This document shows, piece after piece, positions 10,635 through 20,254 of a stretch of 54,161 nucleotides of DNA. Below the pieces are notes generated by a model, which did not search any database, had not been told where the DNA came from, and saw nothing but the letters and a program-made list of their open reading frames with translations. Where the stretch lies: NCBI GenBank assembly GCA_051885355.1, contig JBJEXC010000021.1, forward strand, positions 1-54,161, given 5' to 3'. Source of the stretch: Alphaproteobacteria bacterium. GTDB taxonomy: Bacteria; Pseudomonadota; Alphaproteobacteria; Rs-D84; CACZYB01. The position numbers and the translations under genes were made by a program. Positions within the stretch are counted from its first letter, which is position 1. Each line of letters opens with the position of its first letter.

Positions 10635-12035
10635 ATGATAAAAACAAGATTAGCACCATCTCCAACAGGCTTTATGCACATAGGAACCGCAAGAACTGCA
10701 CTTTTCAACTGGCTTTATGCAAAACATACAGACGGTAAATTCTGTTTAAGAATAGAAGATACAGACAGAAGTCCTGATCGCTATTTCCCAGAGGCTGTTG
10801 ATATAATCTATAACGAATTAAAATGGCTAGGCCTACAATGGGATGAACTTGTAAGTTCACAATACGAACGCTCCCCTCGTCATATAGAGGTCGCAAACGA
10901 ACTACTTAAAAATGGCTCTGCTTATTACTGCTATTTAACCCCAGAAGAACTTGAAACATTAAGAAATGAAGCAAGAAAAACAGGAAAACCAATCCAAAGT
11001 CCATATCGCGATGGAACAAAACAACCTCCCGAAGGAATAAAACCTGTTATCCGCCTAAAAATGCCAAAAACTGGCACATCCGTCCTTAATGATATAGTCC
11101 AAGGCGAAATAAAAGTTGAAAATAATACTGTAGAAGATTTAATACTTGTTCGTTCTGACGGCACACCAACATACAACCTTTCTGTTGTCGTTGATGACCA
11201 CGATATGGGAATAAATTATATAATTCGCGGTGCCGACCACATAAACAATACATTCAAACAAATGCAAATTATAAAGGCTATGGGCTGGGATTTACCAACC
11301 TACGGTCATGTCCCTTTGATTTTAGGACCTGATGGTTCCAAAATGTCAAAACGCCACGGCGCAACTACAACCGAAGATTACAGAAAGGCTGGATATTTGC
11401 CAAAGGCATTATTCAACTACCTTCTAAAACTAGGCTGGTCCCATGGCGATGATGAAATAATAAGTATTGAAAATGCAATCAATTGGTTTGATGTTCACGA
11501 CATACTAAAATCTCCTGCAAAATTTGACCATACAAAATTAACCGCTCTTAATGCTCTTTATATAAGAAATACTGATGATAAAGAACTTTTAAAAATGTTA
11601 ATTCCATTTATGGAAGAAAAAATCGTACATCCTCTTTCTGATAAGGAAAAAGATTTACTTCTTTCTGGTATTCCAGATATGAAAGAACGCGCAAAAACCC
11701 TTGTCGAAATGGCAAATATGGGAATAATTTATATCATTGATAAGGATTCGAATTTCACCCCAACCCTTGATGAAAAATCAACAAAAGTTCTAAACTCTGA
11801 TAAAAATAAAATCGCTGATATTATAACAGATTTTGAAACAAAAAATATTGAATGGACTCGCGATGGATTAAACGATTATTTCAAACAAAAAGCCGAAAGT
11901 CTTCAAATGAAAATGGGTGACCTTGTCGCACCAGTCAGAGTCGCAATTACCTTTTCAACAGTATCACCACCACTTTTCGAAGCAATGGTCATAATAGGAA
12001 AAGACGAAAGTTTAAGACGACTTAAAAATATATAG
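10635..12035 (+). CDS. gltX: Glutamate--tRNA ligase
   Basis: RLAPSPTGFMHIG, LRIEDTD, IIRGADH, KMSKR. Confidence 0.97.
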   Translation: MIKTRLAPSPTGFMHIGTARTALFNWLYAKHTDGKFCLRIEDTDRSPDRYFPEAVDIIYNELKWLGLQWDELVSSQYERSPRHIEVANELLKNGSAYYCYLTPEELETLRNEARKTGKPIQSPYRDGTKQPPEGIKPVIRLKMPKTGTSVLNDIVQGEIKVENNTVEDLILVRSDGTPTYNLSVVVDDHDMGINYIIRGADHINNTFKQMQIIKAMGWDLPTYGHVPLILGPDGSKMSKRHGATTTEDYRKAGYLPKALFNYLLKLGWSHGDDEIISIENAINWFDVHDILKSPAKFDHTKLTALNALYIRNTDDKELLKMLIPFMEEKIVHPLSDKEKDLLLSGIPDMKERAKTLVEMANMGIIYIIDKDSNFTPTLDEKSTKVLNSDKNKIADIITDFETKNIEWTRDGLNDYFKQKAESLQMKMGDLVAPVRVAITFSTVSPPLFEAMVIIGKDESLRRLKNI

Positions 12036-12087
12036 AAAACAAACTTATTTTATGATATAATACTCTTCAAATTGAGGAGTATTTTTT

Positions 12088-12975
12088 ATGCCAAAACAAA
12101 AAAAAGACATTTTCAAAATTGCAAATCAAAAACTTAAAAAAAATAAGATTATTCAGGCAATAATTTTATCAACACTTATTACAAACAACGCTCCTCTTAT
12201 CGCTGAAAATATAAACTCTACGCAATCAGAAACAATAGAGGATACAATCCCTCAAGAACTAAATATCACTTGCACAGAAGAATATATCGAAGAAGCAAAC
12301 ACACTTAAATCAATGCTTGACGAACTTCAACTTCAAAACAAATATAGCGAATATATCATAAGCGAACTTGCAAAAAATAATACCCAAATAAAAATTGTAA
12401 AAACAAACGGATCTAACCTTTACTACGACAACACTATATATATAAATGGCGATAAAATAAAATCCGCAAAAACTGCATTTGAAAAAAAATCTGTCAAAGA
12501 AAGCGTAATACACGAATCAATCCATATGCTTCAAAATAAATCAAATATAATGGACGATATATTAACACTTCCTCCCAAAGAAGCAATCTGCCTATATCTA
12601 TATGCAGAACTTGATGCCACTGTAAAGGCATACATAGCCTGCGACAAATACTATGAAACTGATACCGAAGAAAAGGCAAACTCTTCATTAAACGCTATAT
12701 CAAACATAGTCTCTTACGCTATGAACAGTTATATTGAAAAGGCAATATACCTAAACACAGAAAAAGATTATAAAACAAACACAACCACAACAAAAAGCAT
12801 CTTGGAAAAATTTAACTCTATGGGTAACCTTCCAAAACTAAACCTTGATAACATAGTTGATGATATTTATAAAAAAATTCCTGACAATTATAAGGAACAA
12901 ATAAATTCATTAAATAATGAATACCTTGCAAAGGCAATTACATTACAAAACCAAAAGGATATAGCACTAAAATGA
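12088..12975 (+). CDS. Hypothetical protein, putative zinc metallopeptidase
   Basis: HESIH (HExxH) with downstream ELDA as possible third ligand; hydrophobic N-terminal segment. Confidence 0.55.
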   Translation: MPKQKKDIFKIANQKLKKNKIIQAIILSTLITNNAPLIAENINSTQSETIEDTIPQELNITCTEEYIEEANTLKSMLDELQLQNKYSEYIISELAKNNTQIKIVKTNGSNLYYDNTIYINGDKIKSAKTAFEKKSVKESVIHESIHMLQNKSNIMDDILTLPPKEAICLYLYAELDATVKAYIACDKYYETDTEEKANSSLNAISNIVSYAMNSYIEKAIYLNTEKDYKTNTTTTKSILEKFNSMGNLPKLNLDNIVDDIYKKIPDNYKEQINSLNNEYLAKAITLQNQKDIALK

Positions 12976-13526
12976 TATTAATAGTAGGACTTGGCAACAT
13001 AGGCGAAGAATACAAAAATACAAAACACAATGTCGGTTTTTTAACAATCGATAAAATTGCAAACCATTATAATTTTCCAGAATGGAAAGAAAAAAATAAA
13101 TACCTTTTTACAAAATCAAAAATAAACGACACCGATGTAATTCTTGCAAAACCAACAACCTATATGAATCTATCAGGCGAAGCAGTCCAAGCCCTAACAA
13201 CCCTATATAAAATAAAGCCCGAAGATATAATAGTAATCCACGATGATTTAGATTTAAAAACAGGCACAATAAAAACAAAACAAGGCGGTGGCACCGGCGG
13301 ACACAACGGACTTAAAAGCATAGATTCTAAAATAGGAAACAACTATTACAGAATAAGAATCGGCATCTCTCACCCAAGAGATACAAACCCAAATCAAGAT
13401 GTTGCAAGTTATGTTCTTTCAAAATTTTTACCAACTGATATGGAAAAAATCTCAAATCAGATTGAAAACATCTCAAAAAACCTTGAAAAAATAATAAAAA
13501 AGGATTTTTCATCCCTAAAATCTTAA
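12972..13526 (+). CDS. pth: Peptidyl-tRNA hydrolase
   Basis: VGLGN, HNVGF, KPTTYMNLSG, HDDLD, GGHNGLKS. Confidence 0.97.
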   Translation: MILIVGLGNIGEEYKNTKHNVGFLTIDKIANHYNFPEWKEKNKYLFTKSKINDTDVILAKPTTYMNLSGEAVQALTTLYKIKPEDIIVIHDDLDLKTGTIKTKQGGGTGGHNGLKSIDSKIGNNYYRIRIGISHPRDTNPNQDVASYVLSKFLPTDMEKISNQIENISKNLEKIIKKDFSSLKS

Positions 13527-13595
13527 TTTATAAAAATTACTAGACTTTTAAATAAACCTCCTATATACTTGTAGTATATTTTCCTAGGAGAGGAG

Positions 13596-15047
13596 ATGAA
13601 GGTAAAAAATTTGAAAAACATAGGACTATTACTCATAGCCACAATATTCGCAGGGAATGTTGCACATTCTCAAACTACCAATATGGCTCTTCCTTCCCAA
13701 GTAGGTGTCTATAATCCAAATATAAGAACTCAACAAATGCAATTACCTCCTCAGGTTGGCGTTTATAACCCTAATATACCTACCCAACAAATGAAACTTC
13801 CTCCACAAACAGGAATTTATCAACAACAGGCAAGATACCCTGTAAATCCAAATACCTACAGAAATATGCCTACTGTAAATTATAATAAAAATCCTGTTAT
13901 AAATGAAAATTTATACGATGAAATAAACGGTTATAAAACTCCAAACCGCTACACATTAAATCAACCAAAAATTGTTAAAACAGCATACAATAACTACGGA
14001 AATAAAACTACCCAACAACTTGCCTCTAACTCCGACGATTTCGGTGTAGAATATTACCTTGCATTAAACTATGGTATAACATATTTTGATGATGATAGCA
14101 GTATGTCATCAGGTGGGGTTGTTGTAACTGATCTTCAATTTGAAGAACCATACGACTTTCCATTAAATAATGTAAAACACGCCCTTGATGATGGAAAAAA
14201 TTTCTCTATCGGCTTTGGTGTTATGTCAAACCGCAAACAAAAGGTTGAATTATTCTACTCTAACATTTCAGGACTAAAATACGGTGACTATGCAACCGCA
14301 GAAAATCAATGGTGCCCATCCGAATCCGATGAAAATGGCAATTTCTATTATGATTGCACAAAGGATTTACCAGTAGATGGTGGAAAAATCTCATCAAACA
14401 CATTTGGTATAAATATGTATTTTCCATTAGAAGAACTTTTCGGCGGAAAATTATTTGATGGACTTATTACCCCATATATTGGTGGTGGTATAGGTATAAC
14501 ATTTAACACTGTTGACGATTACACAGTATCAGATTCTATTGGAAATGGTCTTCAACCTATTACAACCGATGGTCTACCTTATTTAAAGGAAGAAAATGGT
14601 TCATATACAACTTGCGATCCTAATACTGAAGAGTGTGATGCCGCTTGGGGTTATTACGATTACGACGGTATAATAAGTCATTACGGTGCAACAACAAATA
14701 ATGTCAGTTGGAATTTAGAAGCAGGACTTTCTTTTGATTTAGATTCTAAAACAATAATTGATGTTTATTTTAAACATAACAGTTTAGGAAAAGTAAAATC
14801 CAGTAACGAAGCCTTTTCAAGTTACTATACAGTTAATATTCTTGATGCAACAGAAACCGAAAACACAGTAGGTAATATAACAACTCGTTGCACTATTGAG
14901 GCTATAAATGATGGATTTATTTATAATGAAGACACCGGTTGGTGTGAAAGTGAAGAATTTATAACAGAGCAAATTGTTTATAATGCTGGTGAAAAGGGAA
15001 CACTTGAAAACAATGAAATAGGAGTAAAACTTAGATTGATATTCTAA
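13596..15047 (+). CDS. Outer membrane beta-barrel protein with Q/P/N-rich N-terminus and large loops
   Basis: Signal peptide, PYIGGGIG strand, C-terminal EIGVKLRLIF. Confidence 0.75.
   Translation: MKVKNLKNIGLLLIATIFAGNVAHSQTTNMALPSQVGVYNPNIRTQQMQLPPQVGVYNPNIPTQQMKLPPQTGIYQQQARYPVNPNTYRNMPTVNYNKNPVINENLYDEINGYKTPNRYTLNQPKIVKTAYNNYGNKTTQQLASNSDDFGVEYYLALNYGITYFDDDSSMSSGGVVVTDLQFEEPYDFPLNNVKHALDDGKNFSIGFGVMSNRKQKVELFYSNISGLKYGDYATAENQWCPSESDENGNFYYDCTKDLPVDGGKISSNTFGINMYFPLEELFGGKLFDGLITPYIGGGIGITFNTVDDYTVSDSIGNGLQPITTDGLPYLKEENGSYTTCDPNTEECDAAWGYYDYDGIISHYGATTNNVSWNLEAGLSFDLDSKTIIDVYFKHNSLGKVKSSNEAFSSYYTVNILDATETENTVGNITTRCTIEAINDGFIYNEDTGWCESEEFITEQIVYNAGEKGTLENNEIGVKLRLIF
13683..13829 (+). 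repeat. Intragenic 54-bp (18-aa) tandem repeat, about 2.7 copies
   Basis: MALPSQVGVYNPNIRTQQ / MQLPPQVGVYNPNIPTQQ / MKLPPQTGIYQQQ. Confidence 0.85.
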
Positions 15048-15061
15048 GAGGACGACAAAAT

Positions 15062-16327
15062 ATGAAAAAATTTTATTTAAACATATCATATTTACTAACT
15101 GCAATATTTGGATTTGTAGGAACTCCTGTATTCGCACAAACTTCCCAACCTATTGCAATGCAAAATGTTGGAAGTCAACAATATATAGGTCAATCTCAAA
15201 GAGTTATCCCAACAAGACAACAAACTGCTCCTACAATAAATTCTGTGTATGCTGCTCCTATGCAACGCGTAAATGAAATACCTTTATACGGTAAAAATAA
15301 AAGTATGTATTTTTATAACCAACCAAAAAATCAAGACGGACTTTTCGCGGACGGCGGTTTATATGTATTTGGTGCCTTTTCAACTGGTAAAACAACAGAA
15401 GGTATAAATGCAGAAAATCCAGATAGTAATTTCTTTAGTAGTATAGGAAGCACCGCACATGACGATATGGATAATCCAACCGGTATAACATTTGGTTTTG
15501 GACGCACTATGTCATCTGACTTAAATTTGGAACTTATGTTCACACAATACACAGGATTAAAATACGGTGACTTTGTTCAAAACAATCATGTCTATGAAGA
15601 TAATAATGATGCCTGCTATGACGAAGACGGCTATTATATTTGCGATATGATAACAGAAAAAGGTGATGATTACGAAGTAACCAGTGGCGGAAAAATCACC
15701 TCGGATTTCTTTAGTATAGGTTTCCAATACAAACTTAACCATATGTTTGGAACTCTTCTCGGTGGAATGTTAAAACCTTATATCGGTGTTCAAATTGGTT
15801 TTGCAATGAACAACATTGATAATTATTTAATATCAGATCCTAATGGATATTCCGAGGGGGACCTTATGTATGTAGAAAATGAAAATGGAGATGAGGTTCC
15901 AAATGATGCTTGTATAGGATCAACAGCAAATAACCCTTGCACACAAATAAGTTATGTTGATGGAGAAATAACACATATAGGAAAAAATAACAGAAATTTT
16001 GGTTATGGTTTAGAAGCAGGATTTACAATCGCACTTGAAAACAATATGGAAATTGATTTATTCTATAAACGAACAATGCTTGGAAAGGTTCAAACCTCAG
16101 GTAATGTTCTTTCATCATATTATGCACAATACACTGATTTCTATGCAGCGGAAGGTGCTTCGACTAATTGCACCAATAATGGTTATTACTACGAAGAAAA
16201 TGATGATGGTGGATGGTGTTATATAGATAATGGTGAAGAATTAGTTGATACAGAAACAAAACGAAATGTTGAATCTGGTGATTTAAACATAAACGAATTC
16301 GGTATAAAAATAAAATATATGTTCTAG
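15062..16327 (+). CDS. Outer membrane beta-barrel protein, paralog of the upstream gene
   Basis: Shared GLKYGD, GGKI, PYIG, LEAG and LGKV blocks; C-terminal EFGIKIKYMF. Confidence 0.75.
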   Translation: MKKFYLNISYLLTAIFGFVGTPVFAQTSQPIAMQNVGSQQYIGQSQRVIPTRQQTAPTINSVYAAPMQRVNEIPLYGKNKSMYFYNQPKNQDGLFADGGLYVFGAFSTGKTTEGINAENPDSNFFSSIGSTAHDDMDNPTGITFGFGRTMSSDLNLELMFTQYTGLKYGDFVQNNHVYEDNNDACYDEDGYYICDMITEKGDDYEVTSGGKITSDFFSIGFQYKLNHMFGTLLGGMLKPYIGVQIGFAMNNIDNYLISDPNGYSEGDLMYVENENGDEVPNDACIGSTANNPCTQISYVDGEITHIGKNNRNFGYGLEAGFTIALENNMEIDLFYKRTMLGKVQTSGNVLSSYYAQYTDFYAAEGASTNCTNNGYYYEENDDGGWCYIDNGEELVDTETKRNVESGDLNINEFGIKIKYMF

Positions 16328-16383
16328 AAAAAAATACTTGCATTTAATAAAAAGAATCTGTATAATCTACCTATCGTTAATAT

Positions 16384-16460
16384 GTGGGTGTAGCTCAGTT
16401 GGCTAGAGCGCAACCTTGCCAAGGTTGAGGTCGAGGGTTCGAGCCCCTTTACCCACTCCA
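16384..16460 (+). tRNA. tRNA-Gly(GCC)
   Basis: Cloverleaf, anticodon arm CAACC-TTGCCAA-GGTTG, encoded CCA. Confidence 0.97.
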
Positions 16461-16549
16461 ATTTTTTCTAAAAACTGGAAACAATATTACTTCAAAATTA
16501 TTTTAAATTAAATAAACCCCTCTTTAGGGATTTTTTTATATATTCCCTC

Positions 16550-16578
16550 TTGAAAAAGTTCGCGAATCGTGTTATTAT
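16550..16578 (+). promoter_or_regulatory. Sigma70-like promoter with no downstream sense gene
   Basis: TTGAAA-17bp-TATTAT with extended -10 TG. Confidence 0.4.
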
Positions 16579-16631
16579 ATATTTATACATTGATGGAAAG
16601 TAATAATAACTCTTTAAAAGGCTGACTACCT

Positions 16632-17300
16632 TTAAAGGGATTTTTTATTTTCATTAAGGAACTTTATCCAATCATACGCTTTATTTTCCTCAAAGAAATT
16701 TTGTAAAAACAAAACCATTATATCATATCTTTTAATTGCTTCCCTCTTTCCTGCTTCCGTAAGCATTAAATCCTTTAATTTTAACAACTTCTCAAAAAAA
16801 TGATTAACAACAGGAACCTTACTTTCTTTATATTTTTCCACACTTGGATTTATTTCTGGAAAAAAATCCTTATTCCAAAAAGGATTCCCTTTAAAAATAC
16901 TATATTCAATCGAACGAACAATACCTGTTGCACCCATTGCATCACAAAAATCGGCATCAGAAACTATTTTCCCCTCCAATGATGTTGGTATAATTCCTTT
17001 TAATCTTTTACTATACCCCATATTGTTTATGTTACTTAAAACAATATCAATTACATCATTAGATACAGAATTTTTTTTCATAATATTTGTTGCATTTGGC
17101 AATTTATCTCCAGTATCACCAAAAATTTTATAATCATCAACATCATGCAACAAAGATGTCAAAGTTACTATTTCAATATTTGCTGATGTTCCCTTTGCAA
17201 AATCCATACTCATATTATATACACGATTAATATGATCCATACCATGTCCATGAGTATTTTTTGGCATAACATCAGAAATATCTTTTATTAAATTTTCCAT
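16632..17300 (-). CDS. HD-domain phosphohydrolase
   Basis: HGMDHINRV, LLHDVDD, DADFCDAMG, HFFEKLLKL. Confidence 0.9.
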   Translation of the reverse strand: MENLIKDISDVMPKNTHGHGMDHINRVYNMSMDFAKGTSANIEIVTLTSLLHDVDDYKIFGDTGDKLPNATNIMKKNSVSNDVIDIVLSNINNMGYSKRLKGIIPTSLEGKIVSDADFCDAMGATGIVRSIEYSIFKGNPFWNKDFFPEINPSVEKYKESKVPVVNHFFEKLLKLKDLMLTEAGKREAIKRYDIMVLFLQNFFEENKAYDWIKFLNENKKSL

Positions 17301-17309
17301 AAAAAAACC

Positions 17310-18113
17310 TCATATTTTTCTATTTTTATATCTAAATAATACAGAAGGTCTGTGCCCTGCACCACCTTGTATTTTAGAAGTCTTCTCAACCTTATCCTTT
17401 ATACTTCTCCTAAATGCAGGAGCAAGCAACTTCTTTCCTAAAATAAGTTCATATATAGTTTGAAGTTCTGTCAAAGTAAAATATTCAGGCAATAAATTAA
17501 AAACAACATCTGTATATTCTATCTTATTCCTTAACCTTAAAATTCCTGTTAAAATAATAAGAGCATGGTCAAACGCAATTCTGTCATTTTTAATTATCTG
17601 ATAACTATCCCCAACCTTTTTTGCTACAAATTCGATATTTTCCACTGAGGACGAAAGATGACATACAAAAGTATCACCCTTTTCCTCATAATCAATATTA
17701 AACCAAAATGCATTTTCATTAAGGTCTTCCTTTATCTCATCTTTGTTGATAAGAGATATATGAGCCACCGTCACAATCCTCATACGAGGATCACGCTTAA
17801 CATCTCCAAAGGTATAAAGTTGCTCCTTATAAATATTAGAAAGTCCACTTGATTTTTTCAAAATTCTATCTGCCGCATCATCAATATTTTCATCAATATT
17901 AACAAATCCCCCAGGTAAATTCCACATACCCTTACATGGAAAATCTCGTCTTTTAACAAGCAAAACCGAAAAATATTTCTTTGTAAGTTTTCTGTAATTT
18001 TCTGTTTTCTCATTCGATATGGAAAAAATCACCATATCCGCACCCAAAGATAACCGTTCATAATCCGAAGGATTATAATTTTTTAAAAACTCTTTTTCTT
18101 CTACCTGTGTCAT
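17310..18113 (-). CDS. NrtR-family NUDIX transcriptional regulator
   Basis: LPGGFV, EQLYTFGDVKRDPR, AFDH, C-terminal wHTH FTLTELQ...GHRP. Confidence 0.88.
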   Translation of the reverse strand: MTQVEEKEFLKNYNPSDYERLSLGADMVIFSISNEKTENYRKLTKKYFSVLLVKRRDFPCKGMWNLPGGFVNIDENIDDAADRILKKSSGLSNIYKEQLYTFGDVKRDPRMRIVTVAHISLINKDEIKEDLNENAFWFNIDYEEKGDTFVCHLSSSVENIEFVAKKVGDSYQIIKNDRIAFDHALIILTGILRLRNKIEYTDVVFNLLPEYFTLTELQTIYELILGKKLLAPAFRRSIKDKVEKTSKIQGGAGHRPSVLFRYKNRKI

Positions 18114-18116
18114 TTT

Positions 18117-18692
18117 TTACCTTGTAAATTGCATATCTATAATATTAGTATTTATTTTATCAAACGAGTTAGCAGATACATCATCCGCACTTACTACAAT
18201 TTTTTTCGCTTTTACATTAGAACCTGTATCAATCAGTGGCCCCATATCAGTCAAAAAAACAGTTCTATCCTTTAAATTTTCCTGCACAATAACTTGAGTA
18301 ATAATATCTTCAAATTCAGGTGATAAAGTGTTGTCATCATTTACCCTTAAATTTTCTAATTTACCAAGTTTATGAAAAGACATAACAAAAGTATCAGTAT
18401 AAATCCAATAAAAACCAACATCTTTTATAAATTCATTTTTATTAAATAACAAAGGCAAAATATCAACCTTTTTATTTTTGAAATCATATATAAAGTTTGT
18501 ATAAATAGAACAAGGTTTTATAATTTTCTCCTTTGAAAAATGTATAAACTGCTTCACCCCAATAAAGTTTGTATCACCAACAAAGTTTGTATCCATTTTA
18601 CGATAAGTTTTTCCTATATTTACCCTAAAAATATCAGCCTCATTTGAAAGATGAAACTGTTTCAACAAAGCCCTTTTATTTATATTACGCAT
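18117..18692 (-). CDS. Hypothetical protein (ends ...MQFTR)
   Basis: ATG 18692 after GGGAGG; no family recognised. Confidence 0.7.
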   Translation of the reverse strand: MRNINKRALLKQFHLSNEADIFRVNIGKTYRKMDTNFVGDTNFIGVKQFIHFSKEKIIKPCSIYTNFIYDFKNKKVDILPLLFNKNEFIKDVGFYWIYTDTFVMSFHKLGKLENLRVNDDNTLSPEFEDIITQVIVQENLKDRTVFLTDMGPLIDTGSNVKAKKIVVSADDVSANSFDKINTNIIDMQFTR

Positions 18693-18749
18693 TATAAACA
18701 CCTCCCTTTTATCTTTTATGATAATAACAAAAACATAAAAAAGCAATCC

Positions 18750-19499
18750 CTATCTTTGATGTTGCATAATAGTGTTTAATGAAAAAGGACGGACTGGAAT
18801 ATTAACTCTTTCCCAACTATTGGAAATATTTCCATCAACATGACATTTAAACGATTGCTCTGCACTAAGATTTATAATTCTATCATACCTTTTTATAACA
18901 TAGTCTTTATAAATCAACCCCTCAATTTCATTAAATAAAACTATTCTTTTGGCATTAAGACTGTCTAAAAAATCAACCTTCTGATGCTCAGAAGTCCAAT
19001 CATTACAAACAGTCAATGTCGAAAATTTTAAGATAAAGTTATCTTTGTATTTTTCAATAAAAGCATCAAGTTTTTCCTTGCTATCAATACCACCTTTGTA
19101 AAGCAAAGTTGATAAAGTCAAATCCGCCTTAAAATCCTTTTGCTTTGGAAGTTCTTTCTGATTATAAAAAGATATATTAAAGCTATTAACATACTTATCA
19201 AGATCCTTTACAACATCAGGTCTTGTGTAATTAGTTGTAAGTATAGTATTAAACTCAGCCTCTTTTACCATCTTTGCAATTTCAACCACTTGCGGATGAA
19301 GAGTAGGTTCTCCACCCACAAGAAGTATATCTTTTATATTATGCTTCTTAGCAAATGTAATTGCCTTTTTGATATTATCCAAAGTTATATATTCCTTACG
19401 ACCTCTGTATTTATCAATACAATAAGGACATTGCTTATTACATTCGTGAGTAAGCACAATACTCATATAATCAGAAGTTTTTGTATTAACATTAAACAC
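18750..19499 (-). CDS. Radical SAM protein (ends ...MQHQR)
   Basis: CNKQCPYC, GGEPTLHP, LTTN; GTG start. Confidence 0.9.
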   Translation of the reverse strand: MFNVNTKTSDYMSIVLTHECNKQCPYCIDKYRGRKEYITLDNIKKAITFAKKHNIKDILLVGGEPTLHPQVVEIAKMVKEAEFNTILTTNYTRPDVVKDLDKYVNSFNISFYNQKELPKQKDFKADLTLSTLLYKGGIDSKEKLDAFIEKYKDNFILKFSTLTVCNDWTSEHQKVDFLDSLNAKRIVLFNEIEGLIYKDYVIKRYDRIINLSAEQSFKCHVDGNISNSWERVNIPVRPFSLNTIMQHQR

Positions 19500-19506
19500 A
19501 TCACAC

Positions 19507-19818
19507 CTACTTTTGTTTTGTATTTAAAAGTTCTTTAATCATATCCATAGGAATAGCATCTTTTTTGTAAATATCTTTAATTCTATCCTTATAGTATTCT
19601 TTGTATGATTTATTAAATCTTTTCGGTAAAATAATTTCATCTCCATTTGTGGAAACATAGCCATTACTAAAAGTCCTTTTTTCATTATAAGCACTTTGTA
19701 TTTTACCATAGTTCATTTTAATATCATCATTGGAGGCAACCAAAAGTTGCAACAATAATAATATTTGTTGATTTTGTTCTTTTATTTCATTTAATAATTT
19801 TTCATTTACATTTGTCAT
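19507..19818 (-). CDS. Hypothetical protein
   Basis: 103 aa, AAAGGA RBS, N-terminal coiled-coil character. Confidence 0.7.
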   Translation of the reverse strand: MTNVNEKLLNEIKEQNQQILLLLQLLVASNDDIKMNYGKIQSAYNEKRTFSNGYVSTNGDEIILPKRFNKSYKEYYKDRIKDIYKKDAIPMDMIKELLNTKQK

Positions 19819-19851
19819 TTTATTTTTCCTTTCAGTTTTATTAGTTTTAGT

Positions 19852-20034
19852 TTAATAATCTCTGCCATATGAATCAATAGCACTTTCAAATACCCATGTT
19901 GGATAACCATAATCACCCTCAACCACAACCATTCCATCATTACCAGTTTCTTTTTCCAATCTATCAATTTTCTTTTGCAATTTTTCTATTTGAGATTGAA
20001 GCTTTTCATTTTCTTCTTTGTAATTTATTTTCAT
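19852..20034 (-). CDS. Small hypothetical protein (coiled coil plus Gly/Tyr/acidic tail)
   Basis: 60 aa, AAAGGT RBS, upstream TTGACA-17-TATAAA (20130-20102). Confidence 0.7.
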   Translation of the reverse strand: MKINYKEENEKLQSQIEKLQKKIDRLEKETGNDGMVVVEGDYGYPTWVFESAIDSYGRDY

Positions 20035-20254
20035 TTTATTTTACCTTTCAGTTTTCTATTTTAGTTTATATTAAAGTGTTTTTATCACTTTGTTATTATC
20101 ATTTATAATAAATCTATTTACATTTGTCAACATCTTTTTATCAAAAAGTTAATAACAGTTCTTAACATATTGATTTTACGGAAAATAAAAATCCTGTAAA
20201 TTTTACAGGATTATAACGAATCGATTCCTTTTAGGATTCTTTTTGACTTAATTT

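Noticed and set aside
16588-16632. Fluoride riboswitch (GATGG...GCTGA)
   Set aside because: Lacks the required P1 and pseudoknot pairing, and there is no downstream sense gene
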